The notes beneath the pieces are model-generated. The model searched no databases. It saw nothing but the letters and a program-made list of their open reading frames with translations, and was not told where the DNA came from. The position numbers were made by a program, and so were the translations under genes. From Octopus sinensis (Eukaryota), in contig NC_043019.1 of the NCBI RefSeq assembly GCF_006345805.1, forward strand, positions 992,001-1,056,000: DNA of 64,000 bases. The letters run 5' to 3'. Shown one piece after another: positions 62,833 to 64,000 of this stretch (position 1 is its first letter; each line of letters opens with the position of its first letter).

Positions 62833-64000
62833 CAGACCAAGATTTCCTTGCGACAAAAAGATATACTATGTCAGGAAGGTAAAAATGAAGTGATTGTAAG
62901 CATGCAGTATCGGACGCATCATTACGTCCGGAGTTCAAATCTTGCCTAGGTTTACTTGGATGATTGATTTTATAGTTCACTAGAGCCGATTCAAAGCCAC
63001 CAACTAGTACATTGGATGATACTATTGCTAAGATTCTGGTAGCTCTCTGGTTATTGATTGCCTTCCCCTGCCCTTCTCATTAGTTGTGACAGCCTTATAA
63101 AAAACCAGTATCATCGCCTTCCTTCTGGCACAAAATTAAAATAGTAAAACTATAAACAAGTCCATTCTACACTCTGTTTCAATTCGAATCAATAAGACAT
63201 TGAAATATATACAATAAATCCGTTTCTACAATTTATATATCAACGTCATGATTTCAGTTATAAATGGCGTGTCGAAACAGAATCATCAAAAGATTAATTG
63301 ATAATTGACATTTAATAACATTTATTGTAGATTATAGTGAAAGATAATCGTTTCCCTATGTAAGTAGAGGGTAATGCCAAGGAGGAGTGCTATTGTTCTT
63401 CTTCGTCATCACGAGAGAAATTGTGCGCGCACATGAATGAGCAAATATACGTGGAATATATTTGAATTACTTATGATGTGGATTCACACACACACACACA
63501 TACACACACACACACACACAAAGACACACGCTCACACAAAGACATACGCACACACACACACGGGCATACACACATATGCATACATACATTTATATAGATA
63601 GATAAATGCATACGTACATATATCCATACATAATTATAAAGTGAGCCACAAACTATTTTAATGATTAACTATGCGTAGTGTATTCAGCACTCATCTCTTT
63701 CGTTTCTATACCTATGCGTTTATGTGCGTGAACAATTGAGAGGTCCTGAGTCTGTTCCGCTGGTTATATTAAAATTTTCTCACAATTAGAGAAAATACTA
63801 ATATCCAATCCGTTCATTAGAATTTGGAAATCAGGCAGATAATCATGTATTGTAACAGTATATGTACGTATATATCTATATACGTATATACGTGTATATA
63901 TGTATTTGCGTGTGTGTATGTATATACACACACACACACACACACACATATATGTATATATGTATTGATGTATGTGTGTAATACATACATATATATACAT

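Overview
AT-rich, repeat-saturated animal genomic DNA. The SINE repertoire and microsatellite load point to an octopus genome (inference). There is one 100-N gap at 41116-41215. No host protein-coding gene can be named. Almost all entries in the ORF track are translations of (TA)n/(CA)n/(TAT)n microsatellites or of SINEs. The window holds many copies of five tRNA-derived SINE families, labelled here S1-S5. S1 has head GGAGTGGCTGTGTGG..GGTTCAGTCC, a CORE-like CCTTGGGCAAGT, an internal microsatellite and tail CAGTCAAATGACTG..(AAAGAGT)n. S2 is AAGGCGGCGAGCTGGCAGAA..GAGTTCAAATTCC..GTCGACTTTGCCTTTCATCCTTTCGGGGTCGAT. S3 (GTGGAGGCGCAATGG..) and S4 (GTGGAGGCACATGG..) are related. S5 is a second CORE-like family. 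Other mobile DNA includes decayed R4/Dong-like, RTE and CR1 LINE pieces, a dead mariner transposase, a possible Tc1-like remnant, several MITEs and Helitron-like elements. The most notable signal is a set of sequence-unrelated short elements, nearly all abutting (TA)n tracts and four of them long fold-backs. Each carries a minimal type I hammerhead ribozyme (or its 3' half) with a palindromic helix III, and one has a G3:C8-swapped catalytic core. Also notable: an S2 SINE whose A-box head is amplified into a 49-bp array, with a derivative copy 14 kb away; a possible decayed HDV-like ribozyme at an R4-like 5' end; and a duplicated putative terminal exon on the minus strand. All coordinates and alignments were read by eye and are approximate at element edges.
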